A stretch of 62,220 nt of DNA. Source: an uncultured Actinomycetes bacterium. Lineage in GTDB: Bacteria > Actinomycetota > Acidimicrobiia > IMCC26256 > PALSA-555. Positions within the stretch are counted from its first letter, which is position 1; every line of letters begins with the position of its first letter. Both the position numbers and the translations under genes were made by a program. The DNA lies in assembly GCA_903899845.1 (NCBI GenBank), contig CAIUKV010000206.1:1-62220 (forward strand). Direction: 5' to 3'. Shown one piece after another: positions 49,128 through 60,375 of this stretch. Below the pieces are notes generated by a model, which was given only the letters and a program-made list of their open reading frames with translations, made no database searches and was not told the DNA's origin.

Positions 49128-50167
49128 GCCGCAGGCGACGCGTCGGGACCGCGCTCGGGATCGCGGCGCTGCTCGCGGCCACGTGCGCGGTCGGTGGGCT
49201 CCCGGGCGCGTACGCCGACGATGCGGTGACGGTGCTCGAGCGGGCCCGGACCGCGACGGTGCGCGAAGACTTCGCGGGCACCGTGCAGATCGAGTGGCTC
49301 GACGACGGGGGCTGGCGCTCGGCCCGGACCAAGGTGACCGGAGCCGGCGGCGCGGTCCAGGTCGGTGAGGGTGCCCGGCAGGCGGGCGGTCGGGCCGAGG
49401 ACCGCTGGATCGCCGGGGTGACCGGCTGGAAGGTCGGATGGGACGAGCCGGTCGCCCGGGCGGCGCCGTCGCCGGCCACCCGCTGGGACCTGACCATGGC
49501 CACCGGGACCCCGGTGGCGGGCCGGGCCACGGTCATGGTCACCGCCAGCGACCCGAAGACCGGTGCCCCCCGGGTGCGGGCCTACTGCGACAAGGCGACC
49601 GGGGTGATGCTGCGCCGCGAGATCCTCGACCGCCAGGGCCGGGTGGTCCGGGCGGTCGGCTTCGTGGAGGTGGCCCGGCTCGGCGGGGCCACCGCCGTGC
49701 CGCCCACGACGCCCCAGGCCGCCGAGCGCCGGCCGTCGGCGCGGGGTGCCGACCCGACGCCCGACGCCGTGCGGGCCCTCCCGGCCGGCGGCGCGGCGCC
49801 CGACCGGGTGACGGGATTCGTGCTCGCCGGACGCTACGAGCGCTCCGACGGCACCGTGCAGCTCTACTACTCCGACGGTCTCTTCGGTGTGTCGGTGTTC
49901 CAGCAGGTCGGCGTGCTCGACCCCGGGGGCATGCCGGTGGCCGACGACCGGACGCGGGTCCGCGACACCGCCGCGCTCGGCTACGAGGTGGCGGGCGGGT
50001 CGGTGCTGGTGTGGGAGCGCGACGGGGTGACCCGGACGCTCGTGTCCGACGCCACCGTCGCCGACCTGCGCGACTTCGCGGTGGCCTTCGACGACCGCGC
50101 TGCCGACGGCCGCGGGCTGGTCGACCGGGTGGCCGACTTCCTCTTCGGTCCCTTCGGCTGGCGCTAG
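49124..50167 (+). CDS. MucB/RseB-like extracytoplasmic regulatory protein
   Basis: Signal peptide, VAGRAT...DKATGVMLRREILD, and C-terminal QLYYSDGLFGVSVFQQ. GTGA overlap with the anti-sigma gene. Confidence 0.7.
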   Translation: MSRRRRVGTALGIAALLAATCAVGGLPGAYADDAVTVLERARTATVREDFAGTVQIEWLDDGGWRSARTKVTGAGGAVQVGEGARQAGGRAEDRWIAGVTGWKVGWDEPVARAAPSPATRWDLTMATGTPVAGRATVMVTASDPKTGAPRVRAYCDKATGVMLRREILDRQGRVVRAVGFVEVARLGGATAVPPTTPQAAERRPSARGADPTPDAVRALPAGGAAPDRVTGFVLAGRYERSDGTVQLYYSDGLFGVSVFQQVGVLDPGGMPVADDRTRVRDTAALGYEVAGGSVLVWERDGVTRTLVSDATVADLRDFAVAFDDRAADGRGLVDRVADFLFGPFGWR

Positions 50168-50201
50168 GGGTTACGCCCGGGCCAGCGTGCGACCGACGCC
50201 G

Positions 50202-50600
50202 TCAGTCGTCGGCGTGCCGCTCGGCGACCACCTGCCGGAGCCGGGCGTGGAGCTCGGGGGAGTCGTCGGCGAGCTTGGCGAAGTCGGCGCCGAACATCGC
50301 ACCCACCACCATCGGCGTGACCGCGGTGACGGTGGCGTTGCGTCGCGTCGACTCGATGATCGCGGTCTCACCGAAGCAGTCGCCGGGCCCGAGCGTTGCG
50401 ACGACGGCGCCGCCGCGGGTCACCTCGGCCGTGCCCTCGACGATCACGAAGAAGAAGTAGCCCGACGCGCCCTCGCGGGCGAAGCGCTCCCCGGGCTCGG
50501 CGGTGCGCGCCTCGAACTTGGCGGCGATCGCCGCGAGGTCGTCGTCGGTGAGTCCCGTGAACAGTTCGACGGGACGCAGGGCGGCGGGATCGACGGACAT
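50202..50600 (-). CDS. Stand-alone cyclic nucleotide-binding domain protein
   Basis: FFVIVEG.A.V, LGPGDCFGE and RNATVTA. No DNA-binding domain. Confidence 0.88.
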   Translation of the reverse strand: MSVDPAALRPVELFTGLTDDDLAAIAAKFEARTAEPGERFAREGASGYFFFVIVEGTAEVTRGGAVVATLGPGDCFGETAIIESTRRNATVTAVTPMVVGAMFGADFAKLADDSPELHARLRQVVAERHADD

Positions 50601-50657
50601 GGCTCCTCCGGGGTCGGCGCAGGGAGCCTAGGACCCGACCGACGTTCCGTCCGGGTG

Positions 50658-50700
50658 GTTCACCCGGATGTCACCGTGGACCACCGGATGTTCACCGGAG
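50658..50700 (+). promoter_or_regulatory. PHO-box-like direct repeat array
   Basis: GTTCACCCGGA, TGTCACCGTGG, GACCACCGGAT and GTTCACCGGAG at 11/10/11 spacing. Confidence 0.5.
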
Positions 50701-50756
50701 CGGATCGCCGCAGCCCGCGATGCACGCGCGGCCCGCGGCCCGCCGGGCCGGGTGCG

Positions 50757-51035
50757 TCACCAGGTGCCGCCGACCTCCGACAGACGCCGCGACCGCAGCA
50801 TGCGTCGCCGCTCGCGCTCGGAGCAGCCTCCCCACACGCCGTGGTCGATGCGGTGGGTGAGGGCGTACTCGAGGCACTCGGCCCGCACCGGGCACTCGCT
50901 GCAGACGCGCTTCGCGACCTCGACCCCGACTCCGTCGGACGGGAAGAACTCGGAGGGATCGAGGGACCGGCAGCGGGCCCGGTCCATCCACGTGGGGGTC
51001 ACGTGGTCGGCAGGGGAGGCGAAGGACTCGTTCAC
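50757..51035 (-). CDS. whiB: WhiB family transcription factor (WhiB1-like)
   Basis: WMDRARC...FFPSDG...AKRVCSECPVRAECLEYAL....GVWGG.SERERR. SD GGAGAG precedes GTG 51035. Confidence 0.9.
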   Translation of the reverse strand: MNESFASPADHVTPTWMDRARCRSLDPSEFFPSDGVGVEVAKRVCSECPVRAECLEYALTHRIDHGVWGGCSERERRRMLRSRRLSEVGGTW

Positions 51036-51219
51036 GCCCTCTCCAACGTCCCTGCCGTCGGGGCGGTTCCCGGACACGAGAGCACCCTACCCCGGGGCTG
51101 CGGGGGTGGTCGGTCGGGAACGCGACGGACGCCGGGATCGTTCCTGGTCCTGCAACCTCGTCCCCCGGCGTGCCGCCCCTCCCCCCGGGGCGTGCCCCCA
51201 CCCGGTGATCGGAGTCCCC

Positions 51220-52425
<1,206 letters not shown>

Positions 52426-52443
52426 GCCCGGCTCGGTGGGTGC

Positions 52444-52475
52444 GCGGACCCCCGGGCCCCGGCCCGGGGGTCCGC
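52444..52475. terminator. GC-rich hairpin after htrA
   Basis: GCGGACCCCCGGGCC-cc-GGCCCGGGGGTCCGC. Confidence 0.55.
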
Positions 52476-52501
52476 CGCCGCCGACGCACTAGATTGCGCC
52501 G

Positions 52502-52783
52502 ATGGCCATCGATCCCGACCAGCTCGAGCAGCTGCCCCCGGTGGGGCACGTGAAGATGGTGTACCTCGGCCCGGTGTCCCCCCACTGGGAGGTGCACGGC
52601 GTCTTCGGCGACGGCCGCATGATCGACGAGTTCCGGACCCGGGCCCTGGCCCGCCTCCAGCTCCTCCCGCCCCACGATCCCCAGTTCCGGCGCAACCGCG
52701 AGCGGGTCAACCGCGACGCCGAGCGCGAGCGGCTCATCGTGGAGTGGGACCTCGGCTACGAGGAGCCCGAGACCACGAACTGA
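52502..52783 (+). CDS. Hypothetical small protein
   Basis: TAGATT lies 6 nt before the ATG. GC3-rich codons. No family recognised. Confidence 0.7.
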   Translation: MAIDPDQLEQLPPVGHVKMVYLGPVSPHWEVHGVFGDGRMIDEFRTRALARLQLLPPHDPQFRRNRERVNRDAERERLIVEWDLGYEEPETTN

Positions 52784-52814
52784 GGCCGGTCCGCCCGGAC
52801 GTGCCGGGCGGGCT

Positions 52815-53630
52815 TCAGCCGATCTCGCCCGCGACCTCGGGCCGGTCGGTCTCGTGGACCGGGTACTCGCCGGTCGCCATGAACACGACCCGCTCGGCGA
52901 TGGTCACGGCGTGGTCGGCGATCCGCTCGAAGTGCCGGCCGACCAGGGCGATCTGCACGGCCTGCTGGACGGTGCCCTCGTCGGCCGGGGCCAGGGCGAG
53001 GACGTAGCGGAACAGGCTCTTGGTGAGCTCGTCCATGGCGTCGTCCATGTCGGCCAGGGCCCGGGCGTACGTGGGGTCGGCGTCGGCGTAGGCGTCGAGG
53101 GCGAGGCGGGTCTGGTTGGTGGCCTGCTGGCCCATCTGGTCGACGATGCCCCGGACCTTCGGGTCGAGCGGCGACGGCCAGAGCCGGCGGGTGGCCTTGG
53201 CGATGTTGACGCTGAGGTCGGCCGAGCGCTCGAGCTCGTGGGCGATGCGCAGGGTGGCCAGGATCACCCGGAGGTCGGTGGCCATCGGCTGCTGGCGGGC
53301 GAGCAGCGCGAAGCACTCGTCCTCGATGTGGTGGGTGAGGTCGTCGATCCCGTCGTCGTTGCGGATGGCCTGCTCGGCCAGCGCGAGGTCACCGTCGAGC
53401 AGCGACTGGGTTGCCGCGGCGACGAGCTCGGTGGTGAGCGCGCCCAGGCGGATCACGGCCACCCGCAGGTCGGCCAGGTGCTCGTGGAACGACCGCCGGG
53501 TGGGTTCCTCGCCCGCCGTGATGCTCATGAAGTGCTCCTCGAGCTCCCGGTCGGCCGACCGGTCGGGAGCTCCCTCGTGGGGTGTGGATCCGGCACCGTC
53601 GAAGGGATCGGGGTTCGGGGTCTCGACCAT
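52815..53630 (-). CDS. phoU: Phosphate signalling protein PhoU
   Basis: LARQQPMATDLR, ELERSAD and RHFERIADHA. Confidence 0.95.
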   Translation of the reverse strand: MVETPNPDPFDGAGSTPHEGAPDRSADRELEEHFMSITAGEEPTRRSFHEHLADLRVAVIRLGALTTELVAAATQSLLDGDLALAEQAIRNDDGIDDLTHHIEDECFALLARQQPMATDLRVILATLRIAHELERSADLSVNIAKATRRLWPSPLDPKVRGIVDQMGQQATNQTRLALDAYADADPTYARALADMDDAMDELTKSLFRYVLALAPADEGTVQQAVQIALVGRHFERIADHAVTIAERVVFMATGEYPVHETDRPEVAGEIG

Positions 53631-53647
53631 GGGGCGATCGTGACCGG

Positions 53648-53723
53648 CCCAGGTGAACGACGGGTGGCCGGGAGTCGGGTTCCCACCATTGTTAGGGCGT
53701 TGTTCACCCGGCGTCCACCCCGC
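53648..53723. promoter_or_regulatory. Divergent PHO boxes of the phoU/pstS intergenic region
   Basis: Plus strand GTTCACCCGGC-GTCCACCCCGC (53702-53723). Minus strand GGCCACCCGTC-GTTCACCTGGG (53669-53648). Both resemble the Streptomyces PhoP 11-nt repeat. Confidence 0.7.
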
Positions 53724-53845
53724 GGTCGCGCCCGCGCCAGGCGGGGTGCGTACGGTGCTCGGCGATGCACCGAACCGTGGTGATCCACCGAACCCCCGGG
53801 TCCCTGCCCCGTCAGGCGACCCAGAACGAGGAGGCTCTGCCGAGC

Positions 53846-54913
53846 ATGTACCGACGTACCCGAGTGTTCCGACTGGCGGCTGCGACCGCCGTGGCTGCCG
53901 GTCTGGCGGTCACCGCCGGGGTCGCCCCCGCCTCCGCCCAGAAGTCCAAGGCCCTGCCGGCCACGACCATCAACGGCTCGGGCGCCACCTTCCCGCAGGG
54001 GTTCATCGACCAGTGCCGGGAGACCTTCCGGGAGGTCCAGCCCAACGTGACCGTCAACTACCCGAACCCGGGTGGCGGGTCGGGCAAGGGCCGCACCGAG
54101 TTCGCCGACCAGGTGACCCAGTGGGGTGCCTCGGACGCTCCGTACGCAGCGGCCGACCTCTCGAAGATCAAGGGCGGCGCCTTCCTCTACGTGCCGACGG
54201 TGACCGCGCCGATCACGGTTTCGTACAACCTGCCGAGCCTCAAGAAGCCGCTCCGGCTGGCGCCGCTGAACGTGGCCAAGCTCTTCCAGGGTGACATCAC
54301 GAAGTGGAACGACCCGCTGATCGCCGCCGACAACCCGGGCGTGAAGCTCCCCGACACCAAGGTGACGATCGCCCGGCGCTCCGACGGCTCGGGCACGACC
54401 GAGAACTTCACCCGCTACCTCAGCTCGGCGGCCGGCTCGGTCTGGAAGCTGGGTGCGGGCTCGACCGTGACCTGGCCGGCCGACGCCCAGGGCGGGAACG
54501 GCAACTCCGGCGTGGGTGCGATCGTCAAGGCGACCGAGGGTGCGGTCGGCTACGTCGACTACTCGGACGCCAAGGCCACCGGGCTGAAGTTCGCCGAGGT
54601 CCAGAACGCAGCCGGCAACTTCATCCTGCCCAGCCTCCCGGCGGCGACCGCGGCGCTCGAGGGCGTCGCCCTCAACGCCGACGGGCTGTACAACCCGCTG
54701 AACTCGCCCAACGCCAAGGCCTACCCGATCTCGGCGCCGACCTTCGTCCTGGTCTACGCCAAGTACCCGGACGCCAACGTGGCCGCGGCGGTCAAGGCGT
54801 GGGCCGAGTACCTGGTCGGTCCGTGCCAGCGGCAGGCGAAGCTGGTCGACTACGCCGCGCTGCCGAAGGCCTGGGCCACCCAGACGCGGGAGCGACTCAA
54901 GGCCATCTCGTAG
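53846..54913 (+). CDS. pstS: Phosphate ABC transporter substrate-binding protein
   Basis: GSGATFP, GSGKG, RRSDGSGTT, GYVDYS and YPI. Confidence 0.95.
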   Translation: MYRRTRVFRLAAATAVAAGLAVTAGVAPASAQKSKALPATTINGSGATFPQGFIDQCRETFREVQPNVTVNYPNPGGGSGKGRTEFADQVTQWGASDAPYAAADLSKIKGGAFLYVPTVTAPITVSYNLPSLKKPLRLAPLNVAKLFQGDITKWNDPLIAADNPGVKLPDTKVTIARRSDGSGTTENFTRYLSSAAGSVWKLGAGSTVTWPADAQGGNGNSGVGAIVKATEGAVGYVDYSDAKATGLKFAEVQNAAGNFILPSLPAATAALEGVALNADGLYNPLNSPNAKAYPISAPTFVLVYAKYPDANVAAAVKAWAEYLVGPCQRQAKLVDYAALPKAWATQTRERLKAIS

Positions 54914-55012
54914 TCCCGTCGTCCCTGGCCGGCGGCGTTGCCGTCGGCTCCTGACCCCTGGCGGAGGAGTGGGCTCCCCCCGGCCCGCTCCTCCGCCAGA
55001 ATCGGGGTGCTC

Positions 55013-55993
55013 ATGACCCAGGTCCTCGATCCCGCGCCGCCCCCGCCGCTGGTGGGTGGCCCGCGGCCGCCCGGCTTCGGGGTCGACCGGGTGTTCCGGG
55101 TCCTCGCCCTGCTGGCGGGCCTGTTCGTGCTGGTCGTGCTGGTGTGCATCATCGGGGTGCTGCTCGACAGCTCGCTCGAGTGGCTGCGGTTCGAGGGGTT
55201 CGGTTCGCTGTTCTCGCTCGAGTGGGAGCCCGAGAACGCCAAGTTCGGTGCCGGGGCGATGGCGCTGATGACCCTCATCGTCTCCGCCCTCGCACTCGTC
55301 ATCGCGGTGCCGATCAGCGTCGGCATCGCGTTGTTCGTCACCGAGATCGCCCCGAGGCGGGCTCGCCTCCCCATCGTGTTCGTGATCGACCTGCTCGCCG
55401 CGATCCCGTCGGTGGTGTTCGGTCTCTGGATGCTGCGCCAGCTCTCGAAGCCGCTCTCGGGGATCTACGCCGACGTCCATGCGGCCGTGGCCGGGGTCCC
55501 GGTCCTCGGTGACCTCCTCGGCGATCCGAGCGCATCGGGGCTCTCGATCATGACCGCCGGCATCGTCGTCGGGATCATGATCACCCCGATCGTCACCGCC
55601 ATCACCCGTGAGGTCTTCGCCACGTGCCCCCCGGCCCAGAAGGAGGCGAGCCTCGCCCTCGGCGCCACCCGCTGGGAGATGATCCGGGGCGCGGTGTTCC
55701 CCCACAGCCGGTCCGGGGTGGTGGCGGCGGTCATCATCGGCTTCGGACGGGCGGTGGGTGAGACCATCGCGGTGGCCCTGGTGATCGGTGCCTCACAGCG
55801 GCTCACGGGGAACCTGCTCGCTCCGGGCGACACCTTGGCCAGCGTCGTCGCCAACCAGTTCGGGGAGGCGAGCGGGGTGTGGCGGTCCGCCCTGATCGGC
55901 TTCGGACTGGTGCTGCTCGTCATCACGATCGTGATCGGCATCGCTGCCCGCAGCGTCCTGCGCCGGTCCAACCGTCGTCTCGGGATCGTCTGA
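55013..55993 (+). CDS. pstC: Phosphate ABC transporter permease
   Basis: DLLAAIPSVVFG, EASLALGATRWE and GRAVGETIAV. Confidence 0.93.
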   Translation: MTQVLDPAPPPPLVGGPRPPGFGVDRVFRVLALLAGLFVLVVLVCIIGVLLDSSLEWLRFEGFGSLFSLEWEPENAKFGAGAMALMTLIVSALALVIAVPISVGIALFVTEIAPRRARLPIVFVIDLLAAIPSVVFGLWMLRQLSKPLSGIYADVHAAVAGVPVLGDLLGDPSASGLSIMTAGIVVGIMITPIVTAITREVFATCPPAQKEASLALGATRWEMIRGAVFPHSRSGVVAAVIIGFGRAVGETIAVALVIGASQRLTGNLLAPGDTLASVVANQFGEASGVWRSALIGFGLVLLVITIVIGIAARSVLRRSNRRLGIV

Positions 55994-56901
55994 TGGCGGC
56001 GCCCACGCTCCCGGCCGACTCGCTGCTCCAGCCCCGCGCGGGCACCGGGCTCCGGCGCTTCAGGAGCGGGTTGGCCTCGGGGCTGATCGTGGGGGCGTTC
56101 GTGCTCGCCGCGGTCCCGCTCGTCGCCCTCGTGTACTACATCGCCCGTGAGGGGCTGAAGGTGATGTCGTGGGAGTTCCTCACCACCGACCTCCCCTTCG
56201 CGCAGCGCAGCCTCGAAGGCGGGATCTACCCGGCGATCGTCGGCACGGTCGTCATCACCCTCGGTGCGACCCTGATCGCAGTGCCACTCGGGGTGATGGG
56301 AGGGATCTACCTGAACGAGTACGGCCGACGCTCCCGGTTCGCCGCGCTGGTCCGGTTCCTGGCCGAGATCCTCACCGGGGTGCCGTCGATCGTGATGGGG
56401 TTGTTCATCTACACGTTCTGGGTCCTTCCCCGCGGGGCATCCGGGTTCAGCGCGTTCGCCGGCTCGCTCGCGCTGGGCGCCCTGATGCTCCCCGTCGTGA
56501 TCCGGACGTCGGAGGAGATGCTCAAGCTGGTGCCCCACGAGCTGCGGGAGGGGAGCCTGGCCCTGGGCAGCCGGAAGTCCCGGACCATCCGCACCGTGGT
56601 GCTGCCCCACGCTGCGCCGGGCATCGTCAGCGGGTCGCTGCTCGCGGTGGCCCGGGCCGCCGGGGAGACCGCCCCCCTGCTGTTCGTGATCGGTGCGACC
56701 AACCTCGTGAACTGGGACTGGCTCTCCGGGTCGAACACCGCCCTGTCGGTGCAGATCTTCGGGAACGCCTCGGCACCGTTCGTCCCGGCCCAGGAGCGGG
56801 CGTTCGGTGCTGCGCTCACCCTGATCCTCATCGTCTTCCTCGCCACCGCCCTCGCCCGGATCGTCACCGTCGTGTACACGCGACGGGTGTCCGGGTCGTG
56901 A
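55993..56901 (+). CDS. pstA: Phosphate ABC transporter permease
   Basis: [22 protein letters not shown] and ARAAGETAP. Confidence 0.93.
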   Translation: MAAPTLPADSLLQPRAGTGLRRFRSGLASGLIVGAFVLAAVPLVALVYYIAREGLKVMSWEFLTTDLPFAQRSLEGGIYPAIVGTVVITLGATLIAVPLGVMGGIYLNEYGRRSRFAALVRFLAEILTGVPSIVMGLFIYTFWVLPRGASGFSAFAGSLALGALMLPVVIRTSEEMLKLVPHELREGSLALGSRKSRTIRTVVLPHAAPGIVSGSLLAVARAAGETAPLLFVIGATNLVNWDWLSGSNTALSVQIFGNASAPFVPAQERAFGAALTLILIVFLATALARIVTVVYTRRVSGS

Positions 56902-57806
56902 TGACCCCGGAGTCCGACATGACCCCTGCTGCAACCGCCGGCGATACCATCAGTCCCGTGGACCCGACGCCCACTCCGGTGCGGCCGCCCGAGGTCCCCG
57001 CCGAGCCGGCGTCGGTGCCCGGCCGGGAGGTCGTCTTCAACCTCTCCGGGGTCGAGATCTTCTACGGCGAGGCGCGGGCGGTGACCGATGTCGACCTCGA
57101 CATCGCCCGCAACGAGATCTCCGCGTTCATCGGCCCGTCGGGGTGCGGCAAGACGACCGTGCTGCGGTCGCTGAACCGCATGCACGACCTCACGCCCGGG
57201 GCGAGGGTCGCCGGGACGATCACGTACCACGGCGAGGACCTCTACGGGCCGAAGGTCGATGCGGCCGAGGTGCGGCGCCGGATCGGGATGGTGTTCCAGA
57301 AGCCGAACCCGTTCCCCAAGTCGATCTTCGACAACATCGCCTACGGGCCCCGCATCAACGGTGTGCGCAAGCGCGCCGCCCTCGAGGGGATCGTCGAGCA
57401 GGCCCTGACCCGAGCTGCCCTCTGGGGCGAGGTCAAGGACAAGCTCAAGTCGAGCGCGCTGTCGCTCTCGGGGGGCCAGGCCCAACGCCTCTGCATCGCC
57501 CGGGCCCTCGCCGTCGACCCGGACGTGCTGCTGATGGACGAGCCGTGTTCGGCCCTCGACCCGATCGCCACGGCCCGGATCGAGGACCTGATGGAGGAGC
57601 TGAAGGAGACGCTCACCATCGTCATCGTCACTCACAACATGCAACAGGCGGCGCGGGTCTCCGACCGCACCGCCTTCTACACCGCCGAGCCCGACGAGGC
57701 CGGCCGACGGGTGGGCAAGCTGGTCGAGTACGACGCGACGGCCACGATCTTCACCAAGCCCTCCGATCCTCGGACCGAGGGCTACATCACCGGACGGTTC
57801 GGCTGA
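56901..57806 (+). CDS. pstB: Phosphate ABC transporter ATP-binding protein
   Basis: [31 protein letters not shown] and [10 protein letters not shown]. Confidence 0.96.
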   Translation: MTPESDMTPAATAGDTISPVDPTPTPVRPPEVPAEPASVPGREVVFNLSGVEIFYGEARAVTDVDLDIARNEISAFIGPSGCGKTTVLRSLNRMHDLTPGARVAGTITYHGEDLYGPKVDAAEVRRRIGMVFQKPNPFPKSIFDNIAYGPRINGVRKRAALEGIVEQALTRAALWGEVKDKLKSSALSLSGGQAQRLCIARALAVDPDVLLMDEPCSALDPIATARIEDLMEELKETLTIVIVTHNMQQAARVSDRTAFYTAEPDEAGRRVGKLVEYDATATIFTKPSDPRTEGYITGRFG

Positions 57807-58885
57807 AGCGCTGGCGCGCCGACGACGGCTCCGGCGTCGCGACGCCCGAGAGCTCGGACCTCGCCGCGCGGGCCGGCGAGTGCATCGCGTCGGCACTCGT
57901 CGGGGTCGACACCGGGGTGGTCGTGGTCGACGCCGATGGCGCCGAGGTGCTGCGGAGCGCGTCGGCCGAGCGCTTCCGCGACGCCCGCCACGGTGAGGCC
58001 GTCGTCCAGGAGGTCATCGAGCGCCTCCTGCGGGGGGCGCGGACCGGCGTGACCGGCACGGAGGAGCTGGCCCTGTTCGGCCCGCCCCGCGAGACCCTCG
58101 TCGTCCGGGCGGTGCCGCTGGTCGACGACGACGGCGCCGTCATCGGCGCGGCGGCGTACGTCGACGACGTCACCGAGGTGCGCCGGGTCGAGGCGGTCCG
58201 GCGGGACTTCGTCGCCAACGTCAGCCACGAGCTCAAGACCCCGATCGGGGCCATGGGCCTCCTGGCCGAGACCTTCCTCGGCAGCGACGACGGCGAGGTC
58301 GCCCGGCGTCTGGCCGAGCAGCTCGTGCGGGAGGCCGATCGGCTGGCCCACATCGTCGACGACCTCCTCGACCTGAGCACGGTCGAGTCCCAGGAGCACC
58401 CGAGCCGGGAGATCGTGGCGGTCCGGGTCCTGGTCGAGGAGGCGGTCGGCCGGGTGCGGGCCCTGGCCCGCGCGCGGGCCATCACCCTCGAGGTGGGGGG
58501 CGTCACCGACGATCTGGCGGTTGCGTGTGATCCCGGCCAGGTGGTCGGCGCGATCACCAACCTGCTCGACAACGCGGTGAAGTACTCCGACGACGGTGGG
58601 GCCGTCGACGTGTGGTGCGAGGTCCTCGACGGCCGGCTCGCCGTGGCCGTGCGCGACGCCGGGATCGGGATCCCGTCGCGTGACCTCGAGCGGATCTTCG
58701 AGCGCTTCTATCGTGTCGACAAGGCCCGCAGCCGGGCCACGGGCGGCACCGGCCTCGGCCTCGCCATCGTCCGCCACGTGGCCCAGGCGCACGGTGGCGA
58801 GGTCACGGTCGAGTCGATCGAGGGCGAGGGGTCCACGTTCCGGCTCGTCCTGCCCCGACCCGGCGCCGACGCCGCGGCCGCCTGA
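57803..58885 (+). CDS. senX3: Sensor histidine kinase SenX3/PhoR-like without an evident TM segment
   Basis: [36 protein letters not shown] and GGTGLGL. Start uncertain; an in-frame CTG overlaps the pstB stop. Confidence 0.85.
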   Translation: MKRWRADDGSGVATPESSDLAARAGECIASALVGVDTGVVVVDADGAEVLRSASAERFRDARHGEAVVQEVIERLLRGARTGVTGTEELALFGPPRETLVVRAVPLVDDDGAVIGAAAYVDDVTEVRRVEAVRRDFVANVSHELKTPIGAMGLLAETFLGSDDGEVARRLAEQLVREADRLAHIVDDLLDLSTVESQEHPSREIVAVRVLVEEAVGRVRALARARAITLEVGGVTDDLAVACDPGQVVGAITNLLDNAVKYSDDGGAVDVWCEVLDGRLAVAVRDAGIGIPSRDLERIFERFYRVDKARSRATGGTGLGLAIVRHVAQAHGGEVTVESIEGEGSTFRLVLPRPGADAAAA

Positions 58886-59589
58886 TGCCCGAGCGCCCGA
58901 CGATCCTGGTGGTCGACGACGAGGAGTCGTACCGCGACGCGCTCACGATCGCGCTCGAGCGCGAGGGGTTCCGGGTCGAGACCGCCGCCGACGGCCCCGA
59001 GGCCATCGACCAGTTCGACCGGGCCAACCCCGCCTTGGTCCTGCTCGACGTCATGTTGCCGCGCATGTCGGGGGTGGACGTGTGCCGCGAGCTCCGTTCC
59101 CGGTCGCAGGTGCCGATCATCATGGTCACCGCCCGCAACGCCGAGATCGACGCCGTGGTCGGGCTCGAGGTCGGCGCCGACGACTACGTCACCAAGCCGT
59201 TCCGGCTGCGCGAGCTCGTCGCCCGAGTCCGCGCCGCGTTGCGCCGGGTGCCCCGCCCCGACGCACCGGCGACGCCGACCGACGAGCAGATCGTGATCGA
59301 CGACATCCGGGTCGACGTCGCCCGCCACGAGGTGATGGTCCGGGGCGACCTCGTCGCCCTGCCGCTCAAGGAGTTCGAGCTCCTGGAGCTGCTGATGGCC
59401 AACGCCGGTCGGGTGCTGACCCGTGACGTGCTCATCGATCGCATCTGGGGCCCGAACTACTTCGGGGACACCAAGACCCTCGACGTGCACGTGAAGCGCC
59501 TGCGGGCCAAGATCGAGGACGACCCGTCTCACCCGACGCGGATCGTGACCGTGCGCGGCGTCGGCTACCGCTACGAGCGCCGCGGCTAG
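58885..59589 (+). CDS. regX3: Response regulator RegX3/PhoP-like
   Basis: LVVDDE, LLDVMLP, GADDYVTKP, KEFELL and TKTLDVHVKRLRAKIEDDPS. Confidence 0.93.
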   Translation: MPERPTILVVDDEESYRDALTIALEREGFRVETAADGPEAIDQFDRANPALVLLDVMLPRMSGVDVCRELRSRSQVPIIMVTARNAEIDAVVGLEVGADDYVTKPFRLRELVARVRAALRRVPRPDAPATPTDEQIVIDDIRVDVARHEVMVRGDLVALPLKEFELLELLMANAGRVLTRDVLIDRIWGPNYFGDTKTLDVHVKRLRAKIEDDPSHPTRIVTVRGVGYRYERRG

Positions 59590-59595
59590 GGCCCG

Positions 59596-60357
59596 CTAGG
59601 CCCGGGTCGCGGCCTCGATGGCCGGAGCGGCGCCATCCCCGTCGGCCGGGGTGATGCCACCGAGCACGGTGACCGCGGTGTACCCCTCGAGCACCAGCGC
59701 GAGGTCGGAGCCGGGGGGCGGCTCCTCGTCGCGGCCGGTGTACTCGAGCAGCACCTCGCCGGCGCGGGCCTCCGCGCTCCATCGCTCGAGGAACGGCGCC
59801 AGCGTCGCCGACCGGACGCCCCGCACCTCGGCCAACGGCCGGTCGGGGACGTTGAGGCTCACGGTCCGGGCCGGGCCCGGGAGCCCGACCGCGAACTCGA
59901 GCGCGCCCGGGACGAACGCCGCTGCGGTGGCCCAGTGGGGGTGCTCGCTCCAGGCCACGGAGACCGCGACCCCGGGGATCCCGAGGGTCGCGGCGGTCAG
60001 CGCAGCGCCCACGGTGCCCGAGTGCAGGACCAGGTGCCCGTAGTTCAGTCCGGGATTCACGCCCGAGGCGACTGCGTCGGGAGGCGGGCCGAACGGGCCC
60101 AGCGCACCGGCGTAGACCGTGGCGGCGGGCGGGGCGTCGAGCGCGTAGACGGGCACGCCCGGCAGGTGCGGCCAGTCCACCTCGGTGCAGGCGATGGGGC
60201 CCTTGCGGTGGAGGCGGCCGATCGACGCCCCCGCTCCGCTGCACTCACCCGCCGGGGCGATCACGATGACGTCGTGGCCGGCCGCCACCACGGCCTCGGC
60301 CAGGGCCTGGAGGCCGGGGGCACCGACCCCGTCGTCGTTGGTCACGAGCACGCGCAC
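59596..60357 (-). CDS. surE: 5'/3'-nucleotidase SurE
   Basis: VLVTNDDGV..PG, SGVNPG.N and SGTVGAA. Confidence 0.9.
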   Translation of the reverse strand: MRVLVTNDDGVGAPGLQALAEAVVAAGHDVIVIAPAGECSGAGASIGRLHRKGPIACTEVDWPHLPGVPVYALDAPPAATVYAGALGPFGPPPDAVASGVNPGLNYGHLVLHSGTVGAALTAATLGIPGVAVSVAWSEHPHWATAAAFVPGALEFAVGLPGPARTVSLNVPDRPLAEVRGVRSATLAPFLERWSAEARAGEVLLEYTGRDEEPPPGSDLALVLEGYTAVTVLGGITPADGDGAAPAIEAATRA

Positions 60358-60375
60358 GGCGGCACGCTACCGGGG

